From assembly GCA_043797125.1 (NCBI GenBank), contig JAZDPX010000033.1, positions 34,527 to 98,526 of the forward strand: a stretch of DNA of 64,000 bases, read 5' to 3'. The notes under the pieces are model-generated. The model was not told the origin of the DNA and did no database searches. It saw nothing but the letters and a program-made list of their open reading frames with translations. The position numbers and the translations under genes are program-made. This document shows, one piece after another, positions 10,032 through 18,645 of this stretch (positions within the stretch are counted from its first letter, which is position 1; every line of letters begins with the position of its first letter). This DNA comes from Candidatus Omnitrophota bacterium. Its GTDB lineage: Bacteria; Omnitrophota; Gorgyraeia; JABMRG01; JAFGKX01.

Positions 10032-11093
10032 CTAAAAACAAAGCTCCCTTTTTAGCAAATCATCATACCTTTTTATTATATTTTCCCACGCAAAGGCCAT
10101 GCTGGCGCCCTTGACATTTCCTTTGTTAAAATTAGAGTTTTCTATCTTATCAATAAACAGGCCTGCGTCGTTATTTTTGACCAAATACCCTGTTTTCGAT
10201 TCCAGCACAGCGTCACTGATGCCGTCAACCGCATTTACGATTGACGGCAGGCCGCAGCTGGCTGCTTCTATTGCGACTATGCCAAAACCCTCCGGGTCGT
10301 TTTTCACGTTTTGGTTTGGCATTACAAAAAGATACGCGCAGTTGTATAACAGGCTAAGCATTGCCTTATCCAGCCGGCCAAGGATATACACTCTTTTTTC
10401 CAGCCTGAGGCTTTGCACAAGCCTTGATATGTTTAATCGTTCCGGGCCGTCGCCGACAACCATATAAACATACCCGCTACTCAAGTTTCTAAAGACATGT
10501 TCTATAAACCAGGATACGCCTTTTCTTTTCACCAGTCTGCCTACCGTAAGCAATATTTTCTTATTATCTAAATCAACCCCCAGCGCAGCCTCAAGCCTGT
10601 TTAAGGCCTTGGCGGGTTCCATGCCAATCGCATATTCGGCCGGGTCCATGCCGTTAGGTATGAAGGCGCACAGGCTTTTGTTTATTCCTCTTTTTGCGCA
10701 CTCCCTCGCGGTGTTATTGCTTACGCATATTACCTTGTTAAACGTTCTTATGAGTCTGGGCACAAGCGCCTGATAAAAATAATTATCAAATGTTATATCA
10801 AGCCCGTGGACAGTAATAAAAACCGGGATGCCGAATATGCGCTTTATAAAAAACCCTATCGGGGCAAGCGCGGCATCGCACAGATACAAACAATCGTAAT
10901 CTTTTTTTGCGGCCAAAAAAACGGCCTTGGAAAAAGCGTATGGCAAAAACCAAAACAATTTCACCTGCCTTCCCCTAAGCAGGATTGTCCTTACCTTGTG
11001 ATAGCGCGAAAGATGGATTATCAGATTTTTACTATATGCCTGCATGCCGCCTATGGCCGGCGGGTACTTTCTTGATATCAACAGTATTCTCAT
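10032..11093 (-). CDS. Glycosyltransferase family 4
   Basis: EGFGIVAIEAASCGLPSIV E-x7-E motif. Confidence 0.8.
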   Translation of the reverse strand: MRILLISRKYPPAIGGMQAYSKNLIIHLSRYHKVRTILLRGRQVKLFWFLPYAFSKAVFLAAKKDYDCLYLCDAALAPIGFFIKRIFGIPVFITVHGLDITFDNYFYQALVPRLIRTFNKVICVSNNTARECAKRGINKSLCAFIPNGMDPAEYAIGMEPAKALNRLEAALGVDLDNKKILLTVGRLVKRKGVSWFIEHVFRNLSSGYVYMVVGDGPERLNISRLVQSLRLEKRVYILGRLDKAMLSLLYNCAYLFVMPNQNVKNDPEGFGIVAIEAASCGLPSIVNAVDGISDAVLESKTGYLVKNNDAGLFIDKIENSNFNKGNVKGASMAFAWENIIKRYDDLLKRELCF

Positions 11094-11106
11094 GATACAA
11101 CAATTT

Positions 11107-11829
11107 CTATTTTTGGCTGTTGTTTTTATCCGTTTTTTTCAGTATAAAAGCAAATTGATAGTCATATCTTAACGGAATAAACATCCATAATATTCTGCAT
11201 ACCATTCTCTTAGCAATGCCGGGAAAATTTGTTTGCTGAAACTTCATGTACCATTTATCGCGATGGATATCAATGATTTCAAAACCGTTTCTGATAAAGG
11301 CGCCCTTCCATTGTTCCAATGATAACAGATTCTCGTTTATATCCTGCTGCTCCGTGCCGTATTTGGCGAAAAGTTTCCAAAAAATAAAATTGGAATTAGG
11401 CACCATTATGCAAAACAGGGCGTTGTTTTTCGCGACCCGCTTCATTTCAAAAAGGCCCTTATCCATATCCAGAAAATGTTCCAAAGACCCCAGGCATGTA
11501 ACATAATCAAAGGTATTATCGCCGAACCTTATGTCTTCCGCCTCGCCGACAGAGATAACCGAATCAGGAGAAATGCCCTTTGCAAGCCTTACGGCCTCTT
11601 CGGAGATATCGATGCCAAAAGTCTCCAGCCCTCTTTTTGATGCCGCGCAAAGCAAAAGCCCTATGCCGCAGGCAACATCTAAAAGCCTTCTGCCTCTTTG
11701 CGACCCCAGATAATCCAAAAATACGGTATATGCTTCGTACGGCCTTTTGTTTCTTACTCCTTCGGAGGCATATTTTTTATTATACCAGCTTCTGACTTCT
11801 TGTCCGGTCGGCGGTTTACGCATTCTCAT
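11107..11829 (-). CDS. Class I SAM-dependent methyltransferase
   Basis: LLDVACGIGLL motif I; 240 aa. Confidence 0.65.
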   Translation of the reverse strand: MRMRKPPTGQEVRSWYNKKYASEGVRNKRPYEAYTVFLDYLGSQRGRRLLDVACGIGLLLCAASKRGLETFGIDISEEAVRLAKGISPDSVISVGEAEDIRFGDNTFDYVTCLGSLEHFLDMDKGLFEMKRVAKNNALFCIMVPNSNFIFWKLFAKYGTEQQDINENLLSLEQWKGAFIRNGFEIIDIHRDKWYMKFQQTNFPGIAKRMVCRILWMFIPLRYDYQFAFILKKTDKNNSQK

Positions 11830-12775
11830 CTCTTATTTTCGATCCGGCCTGGGCCTTAAACTCATTAAAAAACACAAAAGTGAATATTATGCCCAAAAAC
11901 AGCACAACCAGAATGCTTATGGCCCTATCCACTATTGAGGCCAATGCGCCGTTTATGGCGGTAAATCCCATAACAGCGGATGTAATGGTTATAGCTGCCT
12001 CTTTAAAACCTAGATTTGCCGGTGTAATACTCACGAAAACAAAAAGCGAAACTATATTTGCCATAATTAATATTGCGATAAAATCGGGCCGGATACCTAT
12101 GGCCTGGTATGCAAAAAATAACCTTCCGGACAATACAAGCATGGATAAAAGGTTTAGCCCTGATAATATCAGAAGCAGGCTTTTCTGTTTCCTGAAATAA
12201 TTAAGGCCCGAAAATATTTTATTCACAGCTGCGACTTTAAAGCTTTTCCCGGCAAACCATTTCCAGGAAATCATAAAACCGCCGATAAAAATTCCGACGG
12301 AAATAAAAAATAATAATATCTTAAAATTAAAAATACCAGCAAGAAAATACCTAAGACAAATTAGCGCTATGCCGAATACCGCGTTTACCAAAAAAGAAAA
12401 AAAATAAAACCCCATATAGGCGGATAAAAAACTCAAATAGGGAAAATCATATTTGTTTTTCATGTAAAATGCTCTGGCGGTAACTCCTGCCTTTGCAGGC
12501 AATATATAATTACCTATACTGGTGAGGCAGGATAACCCGAACCATTCCTTAAAAGTCAGCCTTACGCCAAAGGCATCTGTAAGTTTTTTTGCGGAAAAGG
12601 CATTGATAATAAGATACAAAAACGTCAAAAATGTTATTGTAATTATATATGACAAAGAAATATGCGAAAGTTTATATAGCTGTTCTTTTCTTGCCATAAT
12701 AAAAGAAACAAATGCCGCAAGTATCGCAAATAATACGAGATAAGAAACCAAATAGGCCTTGTTATTCCGGCGCAT
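11816..12775 (-). CDS. Polytopic membrane protein (flippase-like / LPG-synthase-TM-like, UPF0104)
   Basis: 319 aa with about 8 predicted TM helices and no soluble domain. Confidence 0.4.
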   Translation of the reverse strand: MRRNNKAYLVSYLVLFAILAAFVSFIMARKEQLYKLSHISLSYIITITFLTFLYLIINAFSAKKLTDAFGVRLTFKEWFGLSCLTSIGNYILPAKAGVTARAFYMKNKYDFPYLSFLSAYMGFYFFSFLVNAVFGIALICLRYFLAGIFNFKILLFFISVGIFIGGFMISWKWFAGKSFKVAAVNKIFSGLNYFRKQKSLLLILSGLNLLSMLVLSGRLFFAYQAIGIRPDFIAILIMANIVSLFVFVSITPANLGFKEAAITITSAVMGFTAINGALASIVDRAISILVVLFLGIIFTFVFFNEFKAQAGSKIRDENA

Positions 12776-14333
12776 ATATAGACCGCCTGATTGATATGAC
12801 GCTTATAACCAGAATAACTGCCAAAATTACCATTGCCGATATCACTGCAGATAAAAGCCCCGGGGAAACCGCAGGGACATTCACCCACCATACATCCCAA
12901 ATATCATAATTTTTCATAGACGCGATTACCGGCTTTACAAACCAATAATCTGGGTTATATTCAAAATTCAGAGCCGGATACCCGAATACCCTGCCAACGG
13001 CAGAGGTAAATAAATACCAGCTCCCTCTTATCGGGCTTAATTCGGGTATAAAGTTTATAAAATATTCCTGCAGGCTTAATCCTTCTTTGACAAAAAGCAG
13101 GTATCTGCTAAAACTTATAAACAGGCACGGCAGCTGGACTAAAAACCCCAATGCGGAAAACAGAATCAACATAAGCTTCCTGATAATCGCCCTTGATTGT
13201 TGTATAAATTCTGCTAAAAATATGCACATAAAAGGAATTGTGGGGTATAGATAGCGCGGCCCCCATGAGAATATTGAACCTCTGAGAAATATGTATGCGT
13301 AAAATAAAAAATTTATGATTATAAACGCGAGAATATATAGGGTAAACTTCTTATCTTGTTTTAGCAGGCCCCTTATCCCGAAAAATGCCAGTATCAAGGG
13401 GGCGTTGTAGTAAAAGTACCCTTTCCCCGCGCTCAGCAGATAATAAAACAACCCTTTAAAAAAATTAGGGCCGAATATCAACCCTTTTTGCGTAAATACG
13501 GTTTCTATGCCTGCGCCGGGGTCAACTGCATTGCTTCTTTTCATAAAATAAATAAATAGCGACAGAATAAAACAGCAAGAGACCGGAATAATAACGGCAA
13601 GCCAAAGCTTGACAGCGTGCCTGGCTGATTTAAAATCCGCGCCCTTGTATACTAAATAGAAAAAAATCAGAAAAAGGTATAAAAAGGAATTCATCTTTAT
13701 GAGCAGGCTGTATCCTATCAATGCGCTGCTTAATAACGCGTAACGCGCAAGGGATTCTGATTCATATTTATGCAAAAATAAAAAAGCCGACAGCACAAAA
13801 AGTGTAACCGCAGGCTCTGAAAACCCCGAACGCGTATAGACAAGACTCATTGTGCAGAAGCTATAGCATAAAACCGTTATAACCTTGGTTTTTTTATCAT
13901 AACCAAGCCTTCCTAAAAGCATAAAAAGAATTAACGCTGTTAGCGCGCCGATTGCTGGATTTGCCAGCGAAACACAAAACTGGGTTATGTAATCATGGCC
14001 AATGCCGGAAAACGCCTTGGATATAATATGGCCCAACGCGTAAAGCGGCACAAGCAAAATAGGCATCCCGATGCCATAGGATGAATACCTGTTGCCTGCT
14101 GCGCCGGGTTTTTTACCTGCCTCATATTTCATCTCCTTTATGCCAAAAGGCCTGTCATAAATACTAATATCGCCGTCTAAAACTATGCTTTCGGCTGTAA
14201 GATAATTCTCCAACCCGTCGCCGCCATAATGTCCGTTTGAGAAAAACACAAAAAATGAGAAGAGAAAAATAAAAATATGCATATGCAGTAAAAATTTTCT
14301 TTTTCTTTGCAAAGAAAACAATCCCGGCATCAT
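12762..14333 (-). CDS. GT-C fold membrane glycosyltransferase (ArnT/PMT-like)
   Basis: Large polytopic protein. The ORF-track start is 14498. The start is refined to M56 (ATG 14333..14331), which overlaps the TGA of the upstream CDS as TGATG. Confidence 0.5.
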   Translation of the reverse strand: MMPGLFSLQRKRKFLLHMHIFIFLFSFFVFFSNGHYGGDGLENYLTAESIVLDGDISIYDRPFGIKEMKYEAGKKPGAAGNRYSSYGIGMPILLVPLYALGHIISKAFSGIGHDYITQFCVSLANPAIGALTALILFMLLGRLGYDKKTKVITVLCYSFCTMSLVYTRSGFSEPAVTLFVLSAFLFLHKYESESLARYALLSSALIGYSLLIKMNSFLYLFLIFFYLVYKGADFKSARHAVKLWLAVIIPVSCCFILSLFIYFMKRSNAVDPGAGIETVFTQKGLIFGPNFFKGLFYYLLSAGKGYFYYNAPLILAFFGIRGLLKQDKKFTLYILAFIIINFLFYAYIFLRGSIFSWGPRYLYPTIPFMCIFLAEFIQQSRAIIRKLMLILFSALGFLVQLPCLFISFSRYLLFVKEGLSLQEYFINFIPELSPIRGSWYLFTSAVGRVFGYPALNFEYNPDYWFVKPVIASMKNYDIWDVWWVNVPAVSPGLLSAVISAMVILAVILVISVISIRRSIYAPE

Positions 14334-15019
14334 CAATCCCTTTCTATTTCGTCCTTGTGCGCCTTGTAATAACGCGCAAAAGTAATGTAGGGCTTTATCC
14401 AGCTTAAAGCGCCTGCAATAGCTAAAAACACTAACCCTGCATACAATTTGTTTATTAGCACGAAAAATGTTATAACCCAGTACAACGATATCTCCCATCC
14501 TATATAAATGCCCTTTTTTATCTTTGCTTCAAATGACGGCCCTTTAATAAATTGCTCTTTCGTGTATAATGCAAATGAAGCCAGAAAGCAATGCCCAAGC
14601 GCCGTAAACCCCCATATAAATACTGCGGCGTTATTCTCAACTATATAGGCCCTGTAAGATAGGGATAGGAATATAAAAATAATTTTAATGATGTCAACGA
14701 ATGAATCAAACCACCTGCCGAATTTAGACGAAAGCCCTTTATACCTTGCGTATTGGCCGTCAAGCGTATCAAAAACATATCCTAAGTGCAGAAACAACAA
14801 GCCGAAAATTATGTACGGATAGGCAAAAAACGCAAAAAAACCGCTCCCTATTATTACGATAAACAAAGAGAGTAAGCTTATCTGATTCGCAGTTATGTTT
14901 AAGTGTTTGAAAAATCTATTAAGCAGAAAATTGGAAATAGGCCGGTAGATTAACATGCTAAACAGCTCCTTATGCCCTGCATCCTTTTCTTTATAAGTAA
15001 AATTTTTTGTTTCAGCCAT
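14333..15019 (-). CDS. CDP-alcohol phosphatidyltransferase family protein
   Basis: DTLDGQYARYKGLSSKFGRWFDSFVD matches D-x2-DG-x2-AR-x8-G-x3-D-x3-D. Polytopic. Confidence 0.7.
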   Translation of the reverse strand: MAETKNFTYKEKDAGHKELFSMLIYRPISNFLLNRFFKHLNITANQISLLSLFIVIIGSGFFAFFAYPYIIFGLLFLHLGYVFDTLDGQYARYKGLSSKFGRWFDSFVDIIKIIFIFLSLSYRAYIVENNAAVFIWGFTALGHCFLASFALYTKEQFIKGPSFEAKIKKGIYIGWEISLYWVITFFVLINKLYAGLVFLAIAGALSWIKPYITFARYYKAHKDEIERD

Positions 15020-15047
15020 ATTTATCTCCTACATGTATATTAAGGCA

Positions 15048-15803
15048 TCAATCTTTTCGTAACAGCCATATATATGTCGGGCATAGCCAATACGCGTATT
15101 TCACTATCAATATGGCCAGCCTTTGCTTGAACGACTCAGGCGCAATCATCTCTGTAGCGCAATATTTTTGTGGATCTATAATAATTTTCAATGTATAGTC
15201 TGAAACATTAAATTGAGAGACTAGATTCCTCAGGCCATGTAATGTTAAGTGGTTTTCATAATAGAAGTTCCCTTTTTTTAGTGCCCGCAGATAAAGGTGC
15301 GCTAATGCCTTCGGCATAATTGATAGCAGCGGCAATTTATAGTGCATCTCGATAAATTTTAAACGGTTGGCGGCGGCAAAATAGCAAACACCCTCTGGCT
15401 TAAGCACTCTATATATTTCAGACATAAGTTTAATTGCATCCGGAACATGTTCATACACATGAGCGCAAATAACAATATCAAATGACGCATCTGCAAAGTT
15501 CAGGTTCATCCCGTCGCTAACGCTAAACGCCAAATTATCAGAAGCGCAGTTTTGCCGCGCATGCTTTATTGCCTGCTCGTCTATATCTATTCCTGCAACC
15601 CTGGCAAATTTATCGCTAAGCGCCTTCGATATAATTCCTGCGGAACAGCCTATATCTAAAAGGCTTAATCTTTCAAGGCCTTCGGAATAATAGTCATCGA
15701 GCACAGCAAACATCTTCCTGGCTTTTTGCTGGCGTTTCTGTGTATTATATACTGCGCAGGAATGAGTTTGTGAAAATCCATATTGGTAATTATTGTTTTT
15801 CAT
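15048..15803 (-). CDS. Class I SAM-dependent methyltransferase
   Basis: LLDIGCSAGIIS motif I. The ATG overlaps the upstream TGA as ATGA at 15800..15803. Confidence 0.65.
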   Translation of the reverse strand: MKNNNYQYGFSQTHSCAVYNTQKRQQKARKMFAVLDDYYSEGLERLSLLDIGCSAGIISKALSDKFARVAGIDIDEQAIKHARQNCASDNLAFSVSDGMNLNFADASFDIVICAHVYEHVPDAIKLMSEIYRVLKPEGVCYFAAANRLKFIEMHYKLPLLSIMPKALAHLYLRALKKGNFYYENHLTLHGLRNLVSQFNVSDYTLKIIIDPQKYCATEMIAPESFKQRLAILIVKYAYWLCPTYIWLLRKD

Positions 15804-16738
15804 TTCAAATTCTGCTTCTTCAACCTGTACAATACTTCCTCATTCAGCCTTCTATTAGCAGATATAATATCTCCCAAAAAACCTAACAACATTGTTCCAA
15901 AGCCCATAATAACTAAAATAGCGGCAATAACTAAAGACTGCATATGGCCGCTGCGTCCGACTGTAAAATAAAAATAGAGAAACCTTAGAATAAGTAAAAG
16001 GCCACCGCAGGCAAAGACAGAGCCAACACAAAAAAATGTTTTCAATGGTTCATACATAAGATAAATACGCAATATCGTACTCATCGATCTAACGATATAA
16101 GACGATATGCTCTTTATGAGCCTTGACTCCCTAAGCTTGCTGTTTGTTCTTATATCGACGTGCGATATCGGGATATCCTGCCTTCCTATCTGAATTATGG
16201 ACTCCAATGTGTATGTATACGAAGAAAAGATATTCAGCCTTAGCGCGGCGTCTCTCGAATATGCCCTGAAGCCGCTTGTCGTATCAGGTATATTCGTCCC
16301 TGAGAACTTACGAACCATATAACTTCCGAGCCTCTGCAGCAGTTTTTTCGCAAAAGAAAAGTGTTTTATGGCCTTAATATCCCTGCAGCCAATCACTACC
16401 TCTGCCTTTTTTTCCAACACCGGCCTTACCAGTTTTTCTATGTCCCGGCCGCAGTACTGGTTATCTGCGTCGGTATTAACTATAATATCAGCCCCAAGCT
16501 CCAAAGATTTTTCTATGCCTTTTTTAAACGCCTCTGCCAGGCCCTTCCTTTGAGGCAGGCAAAGGATATGTGTTACCTCGTTCGCCTTAGCTATCGAAGA
16601 GGTTTTATCTATGCTGCCATCATCTATAACCAAAGTTTCAATGCTGTCTATGCCTTCTATTTTTTTAGGCAAATCTTTTAAGGTTATAGGAAGGGTTTGC
16701 GCTTCGTTATAGCAGGGTATCTGGATAATAAGCTTCAT
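15800..16738 (-). CDS. GT2 polyprenyl-phosphate glycosyltransferase (DPM1/ArnC/GtrB-like, C-terminal TM anchor)
   Basis: IQIPCYNEAQTL...LVIDDGSIDKT plus two C-terminal TM helices. Confidence 0.75.
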   Translation of the reverse strand: MKLIIQIPCYNEAQTLPITLKDLPKKIEGIDSIETLVIDDGSIDKTSSIAKANEVTHILCLPQRKGLAEAFKKGIEKSLELGADIIVNTDADNQYCGRDIEKLVRPVLEKKAEVVIGCRDIKAIKHFSFAKKLLQRLGSYMVRKFSGTNIPDTTSGFRAYSRDAALRLNIFSSYTYTLESIIQIGRQDIPISHVDIRTNSKLRESRLIKSISSYIVRSMSTILRIYLMYEPLKTFFCVGSVFACGGLLLILRFLYFYFTVGRSGHMQSLVIAAILVIMGFGTMLLGFLGDIISANRRLNEEVLYRLKKQNLK

Positions 16739-16762
16739 ATCATCTGCTCCTTTTTTGGCGCA

Positions 16763-17503
16763 TCAATCTAACTCTTTTTTAGCGACTATATATGACAACT
16801 TGCATATCCACACAACCGGCATCGCTATGCCGTAAAAAATAACTACCGCAAACACAACACCGCATCGGCAAAATAATTCTGTTATGGTTGCTAATGTTAT
16901 TATATTCATAACGGGCGGAAAAGTGCACAATTTATGCAGCGCAGAAAATAATTTTCGCGCTAAAGAAGGATTTTTTGCCGTGAGCTTATCTGTGTCAAGC
17001 GGCAGATCCCTTTTCCCCGCGAAATATAAAACAGAGTTCCTTAAATCCACCAATAAAATCAAAAGCATAGACGATATCGCGGCTGACGAAGAAAACAAAA
17101 AAACATAACCTATTGCATATTTTCGCCATAAACCGTAACCGATGCCGATAAAAACAAGCGGGTGGATAATATAATGACATATGTTGTCATAGTAAATTCC
17201 TGTAACGGTCGAGGTATTCCTGTAGCGGGCTATCTCACCGTCAACATGGTCTAATATATACCAAAGCTGTAAAAACAGCGCTGCGGTGAACGCGCCTATT
17301 TTTGAACCTTCTGTGAAAAATACGCAGGCTACTATACCTGTAAGCAAAAATATAGATGTCGCGGTATTCGGCGTTAAGTTCATCGCTAAAAATACCCGCG
17401 TTATGTATATAGAAAACCTGCGGGCAACAAATTTACCATACCAGACATCATACTGCTCTCTGGGTTTTTGGCATATGGTTCTAAGCTGGCTGATACTTTC
17501 CAT
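16763..17503 (-). CDS. CDP-alcohol phosphatidyltransferase family protein (second paralog)
   Basis: DHVDGEIARYRNTS...G...D motif. The start is refined to M24 (ATG 17503..17501), which overlaps the TAA of the decarboxylase as TAATG. Confidence 0.7.
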   Translation of the reverse strand: MESISQLRTICQKPREQYDVWYGKFVARRFSIYITRVFLAMNLTPNTATSIFLLTGIVACVFFTEGSKIGAFTAALFLQLWYILDHVDGEIARYRNTSTVTGIYYDNICHYIIHPLVFIGIGYGLWRKYAIGYVFLFSSSAAISSMLLILLVDLRNSVLYFAGKRDLPLDTDKLTAKNPSLARKLFSALHKLCTFPPVMNIITLATITELFCRCGVVFAVVIFYGIAMPVVWICKLSYIVAKKELD

Positions 17504-18645
17504 TATAGCAGCTTCTCCCTGTGCGTTTTTTTGGCGCTTAACCTCATAAACTTTTCTTTTATGGCTTTGCATGTATACTTTTCCGAAATTCTTGGCCTTT
17601 TCTTGTTTTCATTATTAATCAATATATGCACAAAGGCCGCGCCGCGCTTCTTAAGCAAGCCCGGAAAAGCGCTGCGCAACTTGTCCTCTTGCGCAAAACT
17701 ATAAATATTTTTATAACCGGTGGCTTGCGCTATTTTGCAAAAATCGATATTTTGTGAAAGCGCAGGCTGGCCTCCTGTTGACGCGTAAGTACCGTTATCC
17801 AGCACAACATGCATCAGGCTTTTGGATTTCTTATCAGCGACAGACGCCATAGAGCCCAAATGCATCAGGCAGCCTCCGTCTCCGTCTAAAACAATTACCC
17901 TCTTGTCATTATTAACATGCCTTGCTATTCCCAAACCGATTGAATGGGCATGCCCCATAGACCCAAGCATATAAAATGCAGGGTTAAAATCCTCTATGCC
18001 TTTTTTGCTAAGGTTATAAAATGCCTCCCTGCTTATATACCCGTTTGTTGTGACAAAATACGCTTTGTTGTGCCCTGCGCTCATAATAATGTCTATTGCC
18101 TCACTTAGCGGCATTGAATACTTGGATTTTAAAGCAAACTCGCTTTCTTCTTTATCTATTATACCTTTTTTTAAAATTAAGGCTGCCGGTTTATTTGTCT
18201 TCTTTGCCAGCCTGACTATATATTTTACTTCATTTCTGAAATTGTTTTTTGTTAATACAGCGTACGGCACATTCAATGTCTTTAGCATTGTTTTTATCTT
18301 CTTGCCTGTTATATCGTGTTCCGGGGCGTCTTTTGTCCCCGGCTCGCCCCTCCACGAAACTACCAATAAAGCCGGTATATCATATATCTGATTCAAAGAT
18401 GTAAGGCTGTTTATGGTATTACATAACCCTGAATTCTGCATGAGTAAAACAGGCACCTTTTTTGTAATAAGGAAACTGCCGGCTGCCAGACCCATTGCTG
18501 AAGCCTCGCTTACCGGATTTAACACTTCGCAGGCTTTATCCCGCGTAAGCCCGGATATTAACGGCGCCAATATGGAACACGGCACTTCTATATAGGGGCT
18601 GAGGTTATTTTTTTTGAATTCTCTTATTAATTGGTCTGCTTTCAT
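17503..18645 (-). CDS. ppd: Phosphonopyruvate decarboxylase (ThDP-dependent)
   Basis: ThDP-enzyme architecture of about 380 aa. N-terminus MKADQLIREFKKNNLSPYIEVPCSIL is typical of Ppd/sulfopyruvate decarboxylase. It lies immediately downstream of PepM. The ATG 18645..18643 overlaps the PepM TGA (TGATG). Confidence 0.75.
   Translation of the reverse strand: MKADQLIREFKKNNLSPYIEVPCSILAPLISGLTRDKACEVLNPVSEASAMGLAAGSFLITKKVPVLLMQNSGLCNTINSLTSLNQIYDIPALLVVSWRGEPGTKDAPEHDITGKKIKTMLKTLNVPYAVLTKNNFRNEVKYIVRLAKKTNKPAALILKKGIIDKEESEFALKSKYSMPLSEAIDIIMSAGHNKAYFVTTNGYISREAFYNLSKKGIEDFNPAFYMLGSMGHAHSIGLGIARHVNNDKRVIVLDGDGGCLMHLGSMASVADKKSKSLMHVVLDNGTYASTGGQPALSQNIDFCKIAQATGYKNIYSFAQEDKLRSAFPGLLKKRGAAFVHILINNENKKRPRISEKYTCKAIKEKFMRLSAKKTHREKLL

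Noticed and set aside
18608-18615. Homopolymer tracts of 8 (T8 at 18608..18615 in ppd, T8 at 44404..44411 in ALDH, A8 at 54538..54545) as phase-variation switches
   Set aside because: Tracts of 8 are common in AT-rich coding sequence and all are in frame here. They are noted only as potential slippage sites. The A8 tract in the LexA-like ORF is mentioned under that finding.
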